NCBI GenBank assembly: GCA_963768305.1
Contig: CAVYHE010000008.1
Span: forward strand, 194,001 to 258,000
Source of the DNA: an uncultured bacterium
GTDB taxonomy: Bacteria > Margulisbacteria > WOR-1 > CAVSGV01
Direction of reading: 5' to 3'
DNA length: 64,000 nt
Part shown: piece after piece, positions 47,064 to 57,091 of the stretch
Layout of the letters: each line of letters opens with the position of its first letter
How positions within the stretch are numbered: position 1 is the first letter of the stretch
The notes under the pieces: model-generated
The model's input: the letters and a program-made list of their open reading frames with translations, nothing else
The model's database searches: none
What the model was told of the DNA's origin: nothing
Made by a program: the position numbers and the translations under genes

Positions 47064-48104
47064 TTATAGTATAAGCATGGCGTCACCGAAACTGAAGAAT
47101 CTGTACTCCTGTTTTATGGCTTCCCTGTACGCCGTTTTTATGAGCTCTATCCCCGAAGCCCCCGATCTGTCCGCTTCGGCCGCAAAAGCAGAGACCAGCA
47201 TCATCAGCGTCGATCTCGGGAGATGGAAATTGGTTATCATCGCGTCCACGACCTTGAATTTGTATCCGGGATAAATGAAAATATCCGTCGTTCCTTTTCC
47301 CGGAGCGCTCGCCGATTCCAAAAGCCTGGTCGATGTCGTACCGACAGCAATTACGCGGCCGCCTTTGCTTTTTGTTGAATCGATCTTATCCAGAACATCC
47401 TGCGATATTTCATATTCCTCGCTGTGCATCTTGTGGTCGGCGACATTGTCAACTCTTACCGGAGCAAAAGTGCCGTAGCCGGTATGGAGAGTAACATACG
47501 CCTTATCCGCTTCGATCTTATCAAGAAGATCTTCCGTGAAATGCAGCCCTGCCGTGGGTGCCGCCGTCGCACCGGGGTTCTGGGCATATACTGTTTGATA
47601 CCTGTCTCCGTAAGCCGTAAGCTGTGAGCTGTCAGCATTTATGTAAGGGGGCAGAGGGACATTGCCATATTTTTCCAGATCGCTGTTAAAACCTTCAACG
47701 CTGGCAAAATAAAGGATGGCACTGCCATCCTCGAGCTTCCCCTTAACTTCCGCGTAAAAACCTTTGCCGAATTCTATGATGTCGCCGATATCAAGCCGTT
47801 TCGCCGGCTTTATAAGCGCTTCCCATATATTATCATCCATCCTCTTATCAAGAAGGACTTCTATCTTTGCCCCGCCGCCGTATTTTTTCCCGTGAATGCG
47901 CGCGGGGATCACTTTCGTATCGTTAAGGACGAGGAGATCGTTGGGATTTATATATCCGGCAATGTCGCTGAATTTTTTATGATCGACCTTCCCGGTTTTT
48001 CTATTGACTACCATAAGTCGGGAGCCGTCGCGCTTATTCGCGGGCCGCTGCGCGATCAATCTTTCCGGAAGCTCATAATCAAAGTCGGAGGTGCTGAACA
48101 TCAA
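47064..48104 (-). CDS. queA: S-adenosylmethionine:tRNA ribosyltransferase-isomerase
   Basis: FDYELPERLIAQRP N-terminus with full-length QueA homology. Adjacent to tgt. Confidence 0.9.
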   Translation of the reverse strand: MMFSTSDFDYELPERLIAQRPANKRDGSRLMVVNRKTGKVDHKKFSDIAGYINPNDLLVLNDTKVIPARIHGKKYGGGAKIEVLLDKRMDDNIWEALIKPAKRLDIGDIIEFGKGFYAEVKGKLEDGSAILYFASVEGFNSDLEKYGNVPLPPYINADSSQLTAYGDRYQTVYAQNPGATAAPTAGLHFTEDLLDKIEADKAYVTLHTGYGTFAPVRVDNVADHKMHSEEYEISQDVLDKIDSTKSKGGRVIAVGTTSTRLLESASAPGKGTTDIFIYPGYKFKVVDAMITNFHLPRSTLMMLVSAFAAEADRSGASGIELIKTAYREAIKQEYRFFSFGDAMLIL

Positions 48105-48107
48105 TAA

Positions 48108-48332
48108 TTATCTGCGCCCGATCACATTGAATATTATCGTCAGCAGGAGGGACAGGAGCAGCATTGTCACGATCGGGAAATAGATCGTCATCCCCTCTTT
48201 TTTAATTATGATATCGCCGGGCAGGCGCCCGAACCACGGGACTTTCCCGAAAAGCACAAGGACAGAGCCGGTAACTATGAGGATCACGCCGAAAAGAATC
48301 AGCGATCGTCCGATACTCTCGATTGACATCAT
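48108..48332 (-). CDS. small membrane protein (DUF2905-like)
   Basis: 74 aa with two transmembrane helices (MTIYFPIVTMLLLSLLLTI). Confidence 0.45.
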   Translation of the reverse strand: MMSIESIGRSLILFGVILIVTGSVLVLFGKVPWFGRLPGDIIIKKEGMTIYFPIVTMLLLSLLLTIIFNVIGRR

Positions 48333-48341
48333 ACGATGATT

Positions 48342-49159
48342 TTAGTCTTTGAGGGTTGCCCTGTAAAGCAGGTTTTTGGGGACTTTCAGCCGTTTCGCCA
48401 CTATTTTTACCGCGTTGCTCTTCGGAATGCCAGCTTCAATAAGATCGTCCACCAGCATCTCGGGGTCTATGCCTGCCTTCTCCGGCGCTTTCTCGCCTTC
48501 GATCACAAGAACAAATTCTCCTTTGGGTTTGACCTTTGAGAATTTATCGATCATCTGAGAAGCCGTGCCCCTCGCGATCTCCTCGAATTTTTTCGTCAAT
48601 TCCCTCGCAACACACATTTTCCTGTCCCTGAAACCGCTTTTAATATCTTCAAGGGTTTCCAGGAGGCGATGAGGTGCTTCATATAATATGATCGTCCTCT
48701 CTTCACGTGACAGCTTCTCGAAAATTCTTTTCTTGCGGAAGGCTTCACGGGAGGAAAACCCTCAAAAGCAAAGCTTTCGGTCTTAAGCCCTGAAACGGAA
48801 AGCGCGGCGATCAAAGCGGACGCACCAGGGATCACTTCGATCTTAATCCCTTCGCCTGCCGCTGCTTTAACCAGCTCCTGTCCGGGATCGGATATCCCTG
48901 GCATTCCCGCGTCAGAAACAAGAGCGACTTTTTTACCCTCTTTTAATTTATTGATGATGAAAGCCGTCTTTGTCTTCATGTTGAATTTATGGTATGAGGT
49001 CGTCGGCGTTTTTATATGATATTTATCAAGAAGTATTTTCGTATGGCGCGTGTCTTCGCAGGCGATAATATCCGCTGATCTGAGCGTTTCAACCGCACGG
49101 AAAGTGATGTCCTGAATATTGCCTATGGGGGTACCTACTATGTAGAGATATCCGGCCAT
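48342..49159 (-). CDS. rsmI: 16S rRNA (cytidine1402-2'-O)-methyltransferase RsmI (frameshifted)
   Basis: N-terminal tetrapyrrole-methylase fold (YIVGTPIGNIQDITFRAVETLRSADIIACEDTRHT). The conserved C-terminus (MCVARELTKKFEE...KGEFVLVIEG) is in another frame. The break is in an A-run near 48730 (ARKEFS versus expected RKKRIFEKLSREERTIILYEAPHRL). Confidence 0.8.
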
Positions 49160-49179
49160 TTATCTATCTTTATACGGGG

Positions 49180-49557
49180 CTACGCAACACTGTGTGATGA
49201 GGATGATTCCAGCATCACTTTTCCCTTGAATATGGCGCCTTCATTCACCATCAATTTATCACTGATAATGTCCCCGTAAACTTTGCCTTTTTTCGTTATC
49301 TCCAGCCCGCCGCTGGCGGTAATGTTCCCGTTAACATTCCCTGATACGATTATCCTTTCGCCGGAGATCGTGCCTACGACTTTACTGCCTTCGCTCACAA
49401 GGATGTCGCCATGAGCCTGTATCTTGCCCTCGAATTCTCCGCCCATCCTTATGGAGCCTTTCGTGATTATTTCCCCTTTTATCTGCGTGTCATCGCCTAT
49501 AATTGAGTTGATCCCGACATAATCCGATGTTTTCTTTCCGCTCCCGAACACTGCCAT
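49180..49557 (-). CDS. bactofilin (polymer-forming cytoskeletal protein)
   Basis: Repetitive beta-helical bactofilin domain (GEIITKGSIRMGGEFEGKIQAHGDILVSEGSKVVGTISGERIIVSG...). Confidence 0.85.
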   Translation of the reverse strand: MAVFGSGKKTSDYVGINSIIGDDTQIKGEIITKGSIRMGGEFEGKIQAHGDILVSEGSKVVGTISGERIIVSGNVNGNITASGGLEITKKGKVYGDIISDKLMVNEGAIFKGKVMLESSSSHSVA

Positions 49558-49629
49558 AATTCCTCCTCCTGTTCAAATAATAATTTCTTGATCTTTTATT
49601 GTGTCAATTGGGAATTGATGATCAAACCC

Positions 49630-50550
49630 CTACCATACTCTGTTCGCAGTAAAGACGTCAAGGTTCAAATATTTCATTGGGCTTATCGCAAAGCCGTTTT
49701 TCCTTATTTCATAATGGCAATGCGGCCCTGTTGCAAACCCCGTAGCCCCGACTTCCGATATTATCTGGCCTTTGATTACCCTCTGTCCCACGGAAACCAG
49801 AAGCTTCGAATTGTGTCCGTAAAGCGTCTGGATGCCGTAGCCGTGGTCCACCATAACCGTCTTTCCGAAGCCGCCTTTCCAGCCGGCAAAGCTGACGACA
49901 CCGTTCGCGGTTACCCTTACCGGATTCCCGTACCACGCGGTGATATCGATCCCCGTATGCATGCCTCTCCACGGAAAATATCTGTAGCCAAAGCCGGAAA
50001 CTATCCTTCCATATATAGGCCAGATGGACGGGGTTACCGCGAACCTGGTTTTCAATGAAGCCGCCGTTTCTCGAAGATTCGCAAGATTTTCGTCGGATTG
50101 CCTCACGCTTTCCTTAAGGTAGGATAATTCATTTGTTATTTTATCTATTTTATACGCCATTGTGTTGTCCAGAAGCGAAAGCTGGGCAGGTTCTTTTGTG
50201 GCCGCGAGCATCTGGTTTATGTTGTTGTTGTCCTTAAGTTTCAATCCCAGCAGTCTTCTCAGCTCCGAATCGCGGTCAACAAGTTCCTTTAAAGCTTTTT
50301 TCAACTGATTGACCTGACCGGAGAAGAAATCTATCCTGTCTTTCTGCTCTTCGTTCACCTGAAGCATTATGCGATAGTGGATCAATTTCCTGGTCATGAC
50401 GGAAGAATAAACTATGGAAGAGCCGATCATCATCAAAGAAACAAAAAATATGCCGATGAGAGTGTAGACGACCCACTCTTTCATCTTGAAGTTCACAACC
50501 CCCTTGTCGGAGTTGTGAGGCACTATCATAAACGTTATTTCTTTCGCCAT
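49630..50550 (-). CDS. M23-family peptidoglycan endopeptidase with N-terminal coiled-coil (EnvC/LytM-like)
   Basis: HTGIDITA...GYGIQTLYGHNS...GPHCHYEI zinc-site motifs. Transmembrane anchor followed by a long coiled-coil. Confidence 0.85.
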   Translation of the reverse strand: MAKEITFMIVPHNSDKGVVNFKMKEWVVYTLIGIFFVSLMMIGSSIVYSSVMTRKLIHYRIMLQVNEEQKDRIDFFSGQVNQLKKALKELVDRDSELRRLLGLKLKDNNNINQMLAATKEPAQLSLLDNTMAYKIDKITNELSYLKESVRQSDENLANLRETAASLKTRFAVTPSIWPIYGRIVSGFGYRYFPWRGMHTGIDITAWYGNPVRVTANGVVSFAGWKGGFGKTVMVDHGYGIQTLYGHNSKLLVSVGQRVIKGQIISEVGATGFATGPHCHYEIRKNGFAISPMKYLNLDVFTANRVW

Positions 50551-50610
50551 TATGGCAATATCCTAGCAAAGTATAATTGAAAGTCAATGGAAAATGACAA
50601 GTTCCATTTA

Positions 50611-50714
50611 TCGGGGCGGCGGGATTTGAACCCTGCTCGCGATTCTTGTCTGACTTCGCACAATATAAAAATCAAGGAAAGACAAAAATCGCTCGGACCT
50701 CCACACCCCAAAGG
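50611..50714 (-). other. tRNA-Pro(GGG) remnant: anticodon-loop/variable region plus intact T-arm and acceptor 3' half, split by a 62-nt hairpin insert (50634-50695)
   Basis: Positions 50611-50633 are identical to the 3' end of the intact tRNA at 50738. CCTTTGGGGTGTGGAGGTC (reverse complement) matches the anticodon-loop region. There is no 5' acceptor or D-arm. Confidence 0.6.
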
Positions 50715-50737
50715 ACAATTAATTAAGGTTCCATTCA

Positions 50738-50813
50738 TCGGGGCGGCGGGATTTGAACCCACGACCTCCACTACCCCAAAGTGGCGCCTTAGACCAAGCT
50801 GGGCCACGCCCCG
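50738..50813 (-). tRNA. tRNA-Pro (anticodon GGG)
   Basis: The reverse complement folds as a cloverleaf with acceptor CGGGGCG/CGCCCCG, anticodon loop TTGGGGT and T-loop TTCAAAT. Confidence 0.85.
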
Positions 50814-50820
50814 ATGAATG

Positions 50821-50964
50821 GATGGAGATTATAGTGATTTAAACTAATTCACGACCTCTACACCCCAAAGGCGAGAGAATTGTGTTTTACATTATACTTT
50901 TTATAATGCGATAGCAAACACAATTCTCGAGAAAGCGCCTTAGACCAAGCTGGGCCACGCCCCG
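50821..50964 (-). other. tRNA-Pro(GGG) remnant: intact 5' half (acceptor, D-arm), a 63-nt hairpin insert (50872-50934), anticodon-loop and degenerate 3' part
   Basis: Positions 50935-50964 are identical to the 5' half of the intact tRNA. The insert has terminal inverted repeats GAGAATTGTGTT/AACACAATTCTC and a nested palindrome CATTATAAAAAGTATAATG. The T-arm is destroyed. Confidence 0.6.
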
Positions 50965-50974
50965 ATAAAAGATA

Positions 50975-51601
50975 TTAATGGCTGAAATACTTTTTGACCG
51001 AACTGAACGCCTTGTTCCCCCGGCCGCTGAATATTTTAACAATATCCGCGCGATGTGTAAACAATCCTACCAGAAAATATAAAAAGCCGAATAAAACATA
51101 AGTGTTCGACATCCTAAAGCAATACATCAAGATGGGAAGGATCAGCATGCAGATAAGCGAGCTAATAATGAAATAATCCGTAACGATCGTAAAAAATATC
51201 CACCCCAATATTATGATCAGCGTTATGTAAGCGTTTATCCCGAACATCGCGCCTGTTGTAGTGGCCACGCCTTTGCCGCCGGAAAACCCCAGAAATACTG
51301 GAAAATCGTGGCCCAGGATAGCGGCAAGCCCCGCAAACCCCATCGAAATGTCAGTTCCTAATATTTTTTTTGCCAGAAGCACCGGTATCAGGCCTTTAAA
51401 AAGATCAAACGCGTACACAAGCGCTGCCAGGACAGGGCCTATAACGATAAGGACATTCGTCGCGCCCATATTGCCCGTGCCTTTTTGCCTTATGTCGATC
51501 CCGGAATTTATTTTCCCCGCAAGATAAGCGGATGGTATTGAGCCGAAAAGGTATGAAAAGAAAGTCAAGGCAGCCAATATGATCACATGATTATTGATCA
51601 A
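50975..51601 (-). CDS. plsY: glycerol-3-phosphate acyltransferase PlsY
   Basis: GTGNMGATN and GKGVAT motifs in a polytopic membrane protein. Confidence 0.88.
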   Translation of the reverse strand: MINNHVIILAALTFFSYLFGSIPSAYLAGKINSGIDIRQKGTGNMGATNVLIVIGPVLAALVYAFDLFKGLIPVLLAKKILGTDISMGFAGLAAILGHDFPVFLGFSGGKGVATTTGAMFGINAYITLIIILGWIFFTIVTDYFIISSLICMLILPILMYCFRMSNTYVLFGFLYFLVGLFTHRADIVKIFSGRGNKAFSSVKKYFSH

Positions 51602-52810
51602 GATTAAATTCTTTATGAAGCAGCTCCATCGCTTTCTTGGCCTGGTCCGCCTTTACGACGCAGGAGATCTTTATTTCCGAAGTGCTGATCATTTCCAGGT
51701 TTATTCCGTTCCTTCCAAGGACATCGAACATTGTTCCCGCGACCCCGGGCTTGGATATCATCCCAACGCCGACTATGGAAACTTTCGCGACCTTGTCATC
51801 GGAAATGACGCCTTCGGCGCCAAGCTCTGCTGCGACCACTTTTGTTACTTCGACCGCTTTTTTCATATCGGGCTTTGAGACCGTGAACGCCATGTCCGCC
51901 ATGGATCCGGATGAATGTATGCTCTGAATGATCATGTCGATATTTATTTTTTCGTTGCCCAGCGCTCTTGAATATCTTTGCGGCAATGCCGGGTTTGTCA
52001 GGTATCTTCAGTATGCCCGACTTTCGCTATATTCGCGTCGATAGCCACTCCCGATACCACATCTTTTTTTTCCATTTCAGATACCTCCTTGATATAAGTT
52101 CCTTCAACGTCAGACAAGCTGGAGCGAAGATGGATAACAAGCCCGTAATTCTTCGCGCATTCCACAGCCCTCGGATGCAGAACTTGAGCGCCCAGGCTCG
52201 CCAGCTCCAGCATTTCGTCATAAGATATGTATTTCAATTTCCTCGCATTCGTAACGATTCTCGGATCGGCGGTGTAAATACCGTCAACATCGGTGTATAT
52301 CTCGCAGACGTCCGCCTTTAAAGCCGATGCGATGACCACTGCTGATGTGTCAGACCCGCCCCTGCCAATTGTCGTAATGTCGCCGTGGCTGTCTATCCCT
52401 TGAAAACCGGTGACTACGACAATTTTCCCCTGGCTCAATTCGTGCTGTATTCTGTCCAGTTTAATATGAGTGATGCGGGCTTTGGACGGAATGTCCTCTG
52501 TGTGAACGCCTGCCTGCCATCCAGTTAATGATACCGCTTTAAAGCCAAGCGCATGTATCGCCATAGTAAGAAGTGCGGCAGAAACCTGCTCGCCCGTGGA
52601 AAGCAGCATGTCATATTCCCTTGGATCCGGGCTATCGGTTATCTGATTAAGAAGGCCGATAAGCTCGTCAGTTGTATCCCCCATGGCGGAAACGACCACG
52701 ACTACATTATTACCTGCGGCTTTCGCTGCAGTCACTCTGGCAGCGACACTTTTTATGCGCTCAACAGAGCCGACCGATGACCCGCCGTATTTTTGGACGA
52801 TCAATGCCAT
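51591..52810 (-). CDS. lysC: aspartate kinase (two frameshifts between kinase and ACT domains)
   Basis: N-terminal kinase domain (IVQKYGGSSVGS) in the 51998-52810 ORF and tandem ACT domains in the 51591-51986 ORF. The linker AKVGILKIPDKPGIAAKIF is in a third frame. Extra bases near 51990 (GGG run) and near 51965 (AAGA) split the gene. Confidence 0.85.
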
Positions 52811-52850
52811 AGTTCATGAATTATACCATAGCGCCTATTTTGTTGTTATA

Positions 52851-53282
52851 ATGAATTCAATGTTCATTATAACCCAGCGGCAGTACGATATTATAATGCA
52901 CCAGGCGCAGGCATGTTACCCGCAGGAATCAGGCGGAATCCTGGGAGGAAGGGAAGATGTTATCCTGGGCGTACTCCCTGTTTTTAATCAATATCTTTAT
53001 GACAGGACCGGCTCATTTGGCATGACAGCCGATGACATCGACCGCGGTTACAGGTTCCTTGAAAAGAATAAGCTTGATTACTACGGGGTTTATCACAGCC
53101 ATCCCAAAGGAATTCCGTATCCTTCAAAACAGGACCTTTCGCACGGGCAAAAGTACCATTTCATAATCGGGCTGGCCGACAGGTATAATCCCGAATTATT
53201 TGCCTGGCAGGTGGAAAAAGGGGAAATTACGCAGGTGCCTATCAGGATAGTTGATGAAAATTCGTGGAGCAGATGTATTTAA
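52851..53282 (+). CDS. MPN/JAMM-family metalloprotease (Mov34/RadC-like)
   Basis: JAMM motif E-x(n)-HSHP-x(7)-SKQD (YPQESGGILGG...VYHSHPKGIPYPSKQD). ATG at 52851. The tracked longer ORF overlaps lysC in antisense. Confidence 0.75.
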   Translation: MNSMFIITQRQYDIIMHQAQACYPQESGGILGGREDVILGVLPVFNQYLYDRTGSFGMTADDIDRGYRFLEKNKLDYYGVYHSHPKGIPYPSKQDLSHGQKYHFIIGLADRYNPELFAWQVEKGEITQVPIRIVDENSWSRCI

Positions 53283-53530
53283 GCCCCGAAAAACCGAACC
53301 TCGCGGAAGCGGCTCCCGACGAAGCGGCCAAGCTTGCCGGAATGATCCAGGGCATCCTTGACGGGACTATCGAATATAAGAAAGACGCCGCCACAATATG
53401 GGATTCTTCAACGTTCAGCACTAAAGCATAATCTCCCTCCTTCTCCCTTTGATAAAGGGGGTTAGGAGGATTTAAGTGGCTGCGAGTGGAACGAGCGGGG
53501 GATTAACCAATCTGCTATAATCATTCCGTT

Positions 53531-55948
53531 ATGTCTGAATATGATCACAAACTAATCGAAAAGAAGTGGCAGGATTTCTGGGACAAAAATAAAACATATC
53601 GATGTTCCGAAGATGCCGCTTTTACAAAGAAAAATCGGTTCTATTGCCTGGACATGTTCCCCTATCCCTCCGGCGCCGGCCTCCACGTGGGACATCCGGA
53701 AGGATACACCGCATCCGATATTCTCTGCCGGTATAAAAGGATGAACGGGTTCAATGTTCTCCATCCCATGGGATGGGACGCTTTCGGCCTGCCGGCTGAA
53801 AATTACGCGATAAAGACAGGCACGCATCCGCAGAGATCCACGGAAAAGAACATCGAAATATTCAAGCGCCAGATCAAAAGTTTCGGATTTTCCTATGACT
53901 GGGACAGGGAAATAAACACGACGGATCCGGATTATTTCAAATGGACGCAATGGATATTCCTCAAGCTTTTTGAAAAAGGCCTGGCTTATGAAGCGACCGT
54001 CCCCATCAACTGGTGCCCGTCCTGCAAGACGGGGCTCGCGAATGAGGAGGTCATCGACGGCGCCTGCGCCAGATGCGGAACAACGGTCACAAAAAAAGAC
54101 ATGCGCCAGTGGATGCTGAAAATCACCGCTTATGCCGATCGCCTCCTGGAAGGACTAAATGATCTTGAATGGCCGGAACCCATCAAGCTTATGCAGAGGA
54201 ACTGGATCGGAAAAAGCGTCGGAGCTGAAGTTGATTTTAAGATCGACGGCTCAAAAGAATCACTGAGAGTTTTCACGACAAGACCGGACACTCTTTTCGG
54301 CGCCACTTACATGGTCCTTGCGCCGGAACACCCGCTTGTACTTGAGATAACTACGGAAGAACACTCGGCTGAAGTTCAGGATTACATAGAAAGAACGCGC
54401 CAAAAAAGCGACCTTGAAAGAGAGCATCTTTTAAAATCCAAGACCGGCGTTTTTACCGGCGCTTACGCCGTCAATCCCGTCAATAATGAGAAGATCCCCA
54501 TCTGGATATCCGATTACGTGCTGATAACATACGGCACCGGCGCGATAATGGCGGTGCCCGCACACGATGAAAGGGATTTTGAATTCGCGACAAAATTCGG
54601 ATTGAAGATAATTCAGGTGGTTTCGAAAGATGGCGATACTCAAGAGCTCGCCGAAGCTTTTGTTGATGAAGGAATTGCGGTCAATTCGGGACAATACAAC
54701 GGTTTGAAGACAGCCGATTTCAAAGAGAAGATCTCAAAAGACCTGGAAAAAAAAGGCGTCGGAAAGAAAACCATCAATTACAAATTGCGCGACTGGGTGT
54801 TCTCCCGCCAGAGATACTGGGGCGAGCCCATCCCCGTGGTCCATTGCGAAAAATGCGGCGTAGTCGCGATACCAGAAAGCGAGCTCCCGCTAAAGCTTCC
54901 GGAAGTGAAAAAATATGAGCCGACGGGAACCGGCGAATCCCCTCTCGCGGGTATTAAAGAATGGGTGAATACCAAATGCCCAAAATGCAAAGGTCCCGCG
55001 AAAAGGGAAACGAACACCATGCCGCAGTGGGCAGGAAGCAACTGGTATTTCCTGCGCTATATTGATCCGAAAAACATTAAAGCTCTGGCTGATAAGGAGA
55101 AGATCAAGTACTGGATGCCTGTCGATCATTACATCGGCGGAGCTGAGCATGCGGTGCTTCATCTTCTCTATTCAAGGTTCTGGTATAAATTCCTTTTTGA
55201 TATCGGAGTTGTACAGAGCGATGAACCGTTCAAGAAACTGACGAACCAGGGTTTGATACTTGCCGAGGACGGCCAGAAGATGAGCAAGTCCCTGGGCAAT
55301 GTGGTGAATCCGGATATCGTTGTTTCTGAGTTCGGCGCTGACGCTTTCAGGATGTACGAGATGTTCATGGGCCCGCTTGAGATGGTGAAGCCGTGGTCAA
55401 CGAACGGAATAATCGGTCTCCGCCGCTTCCTGGAAAAGGTCTGGCGGCTTTATGACAATAAGGTCGACTATGGACCTCTTCCAAAGAATATCGAAATTCT
55501 CCTGCATAAAACCATTAAAAAAGTCGGGGAAGATGTGGAGAACCTGAGGTTCAACACCGCAATATCGGCAATGATGATCCTTATTAATGAAATTTCGAAT
55601 CTCAAAACTCTTAACTCACAACTTTCCCGTGACTTTCTCTTGATCCTCGCTCCTTTCGCGCCGCACATGACGGAGGAATTATGGGAAAAGATCGGTGAGA
55701 TGCCGTCGATACATAAACAGCAATGGCCGAAATTCAACCACACGCTTATCAAAGATGAAAAAATTACGATAGTTATCCAGGTTAATGGAAAACTTCGGGA
55801 TAATATCCAGGTCGCAGCCGATGCGGGAGAAGAGGAAATTAAAAAGCTGGCGGCTTCCAGCGCAAAGGTTAAGGTTTTTATTGAAGGGAAGAAGATCGCT
55901 AAAACGATCTATGTCCCGAAGAAACTTGTTAACATCGTTATATCTTGA
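53531..55948 (+). CDS. leuS: leucine--tRNA ligase
   Basis: HIGH ([10 protein letters not shown]) and KMSKS motifs with CP1 editing and zinc-binding Cys clusters. 805 aa and intact. Confidence 0.92.
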   Translation: MSEYDHKLIEKKWQDFWDKNKTYRCSEDAAFTKKNRFYCLDMFPYPSGAGLHVGHPEGYTASDILCRYKRMNGFNVLHPMGWDAFGLPAENYAIKTGTHPQRSTEKNIEIFKRQIKSFGFSYDWDREINTTDPDYFKWTQWIFLKLFEKGLAYEATVPINWCPSCKTGLANEEVIDGACARCGTTVTKKDMRQWMLKITAYADRLLEGLNDLEWPEPIKLMQRNWIGKSVGAEVDFKIDGSKESLRVFTTRPDTLFGATYMVLAPEHPLVLEITTEEHSAEVQDYIERTRQKSDLEREHLLKSKTGVFTGAYAVNPVNNEKIPIWISDYVLITYGTGAIMAVPAHDERDFEFATKFGLKIIQVVSKDGDTQELAEAFVDEGIAVNSGQYNGLKTADFKEKISKDLEKKGVGKKTINYKLRDWVFSRQRYWGEPIPVVHCEKCGVVAIPESELPLKLPEVKKYEPTGTGESPLAGIKEWVNTKCPKCKGPAKRETNTMPQWAGSNWYFLRYIDPKNIKALADKEKIKYWMPVDHYIGGAEHAVLHLLYSRFWYKFLFDIGVVQSDEPFKKLTNQGLILAEDGQKMSKSLGNVVNPDIVVSEFGADAFRMYEMFMGPLEMVKPWSTNGIIGLRRFLEKVWRLYDNKVDYGPLPKNIEILLHKTIKKVGEDVENLRFNTAISAMMILINEISNLKTLNSQLSRDFLLILAPFAPHMTEELWEKIGEMPSIHKQQWPKFNHTLIKDEKITIVIQVNGKLRDNIQVAADAGEEEIKKLAASSAKVKVFIEGKKIAKTIYVPKKLVNIVIS

Positions 55949-56066
55949 TCTTCCTGTCCCCAAAATAACACTTGCTTTATTAAACGGACCGTGCTATACT
56001 CTCTCCTGTAAGTCGAAGTTAGTGGTGTACTCGTTAGATATTTTTTAATATTTTGTAGCGCGTAGG

Positions 56067-56101
56067 GATCCAAGGCCATTTCGTCTTGGGTCTTTTTTTT
56101 T
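56067..56101 (+). terminator. rho-independent terminator after leuS
   Basis: An 8-bp stem GATCCAAG...CTTGGGTC followed by a T-run of about 9. Confidence 0.65.
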
Positions 56102-56150
56102 GAGAGTCATTAACTAAAGAACGTAGAATACGAGCGAGGTGAAAAACAGA

Positions 56151-56420
56151 ATGACAAAGAGTTTATTTGTAGGCAATCTTCCGTGGTCGGTGACCGAGGA
56201 CGAGCTTAAGAGCAAGTTCGAGGAGCACGTAAAAGTTACCGCGGTAAGGCTGATAACCGACAAGATGACCGGCAGAGCCAAAGGATTCGGCTTTGTGGAA
56301 GTCGAGGATTCAGAGATGGACAAAGCCATCTCCTCAATGAACGGCCAGAAGATCGGCGATCGCGAGATCGTTGTGAACGAAGCCAGGCCGAGAGCTGAGA
56401 GGTCGGACAGAAGGTTCTAA
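56151..56420 (+). CDS. RRM-type RNA-binding protein (second paralog)
   Basis: RNP2 LFVGNL and RNP1 KGFGFVEV. ATG at 56151 with a GAGGTGA Shine-Dalgarno. The track starts 12 nt earlier at a GTG. Confidence 0.85.
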   Translation: MTKSLFVGNLPWSVTEDELKSKFEEHVKVTAVRLITDKMTGRAKGFGFVEVEDSEMDKAISSMNGQKIGDREIVVNEARPRAERSDRRF

Positions 56421-56442
56421 GAACTTTCAGTTATAAATCAAA

Positions 56443-56478
56443 GGCCCGTTATGCTTGATTGCATGCGGGCCTTTTTTT
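56443..56478. terminator. bidirectional rho-independent terminator between convergent genes
   Basis: GGCCCG...CGGGCC stem followed by a T7 run, with an A-run on the other side. Confidence 0.65.
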
Positions 56479-56496
56479 GTTCGCACTTCCTGATAT

Positions 56497-56970
56497 CTAA
56501 TCGTTCTTATTCGATTGAACAAGATAATGAAGGAAATTATTTACCGATCTTTTAACTGAGAAATACCCGTATAAAGTTAACGCGGAGATGGCAGGCCCAA
56601 TAGCCATGAAGATCTCATTCTGAAACAAATATGCCGCGCCGCCGATGAACAGTCCGGTCCCTATTAAGGTCTTATCTGCAGTATCGAGTTTGTTAGCTTT
56701 CACTTTATATTCACTTAGTTCATATTTAGGTTCGTTAAATAACTGGTATTTCTGCGCCGCATTCAGCGCCAGCTCCATTCTGGTTGTTTTTGTAGAAGAC
56801 CTTGTAGTGCTTTCAAAATGAAGTAAAAACTTTGCCATAAGGCTTGTCTTCACTGTTCTCCCCTCTTCACCTTGCTGAACTTTTAAACCCTTTGTTCGCA
56901 ATAAAAGCAACATATGCGCTGTAAGTTTCGGTGTCCCGACTTTTTTTATTCCAAATAATCTCATAAACAT
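56497..56970 (-). CDS. hypothetical protein with C-terminal transmembrane helix (157 aa)
   Basis: ATG start. A predicted transmembrane helix (LIGTGLFIGGAAYLFQNEIFMAIGPAISALTLYGYF) near the C-terminus. No known domain. Confidence 0.5.
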   Translation of the reverse strand: MFMRLFGIKKVGTPKLTAHMLLLLRTKGLKVQQGEEGRTVKTSLMAKFLLHFESTTRSSTKTTRMELALNAAQKYQLFNEPKYELSEYKVKANKLDTADKTLIGTGLFIGGAAYLFQNEIFMAIGPAISALTLYGYFSVKRSVNNFLHYLVQSNKND

Positions 56971-56997
56971 CCTCTCTCAGGTATTTCGCACGAATTA

Positions 56998-57025
56998 TTA
57001 TCGTCATATTTCCACGAAAATTTCA
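56998..57025 (-). promoter_or_regulatory. SigD/FliA-type promoter of the 157-aa hypothetical
   Basis: Reverse complement ATGAAATTTTCGTGGAAATATGACGATAATAAT. Confidence 0.55.
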
Positions 57026-57091
57026 TTTTTTCTGATGAGTATTTGGAAGTATGTCAGGACATAACAAGCGGTAATAAGTTATAATGATCAT

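Noticed and set aside
53283-53530. T-box riboswitch upstream of leuS
   Set aside because: No T-box consensus (AATTAGGGTGGTACCGCG-like) or specifier-loop architecture was found. Only a weak hairpin and a TATAAT -10 are present.
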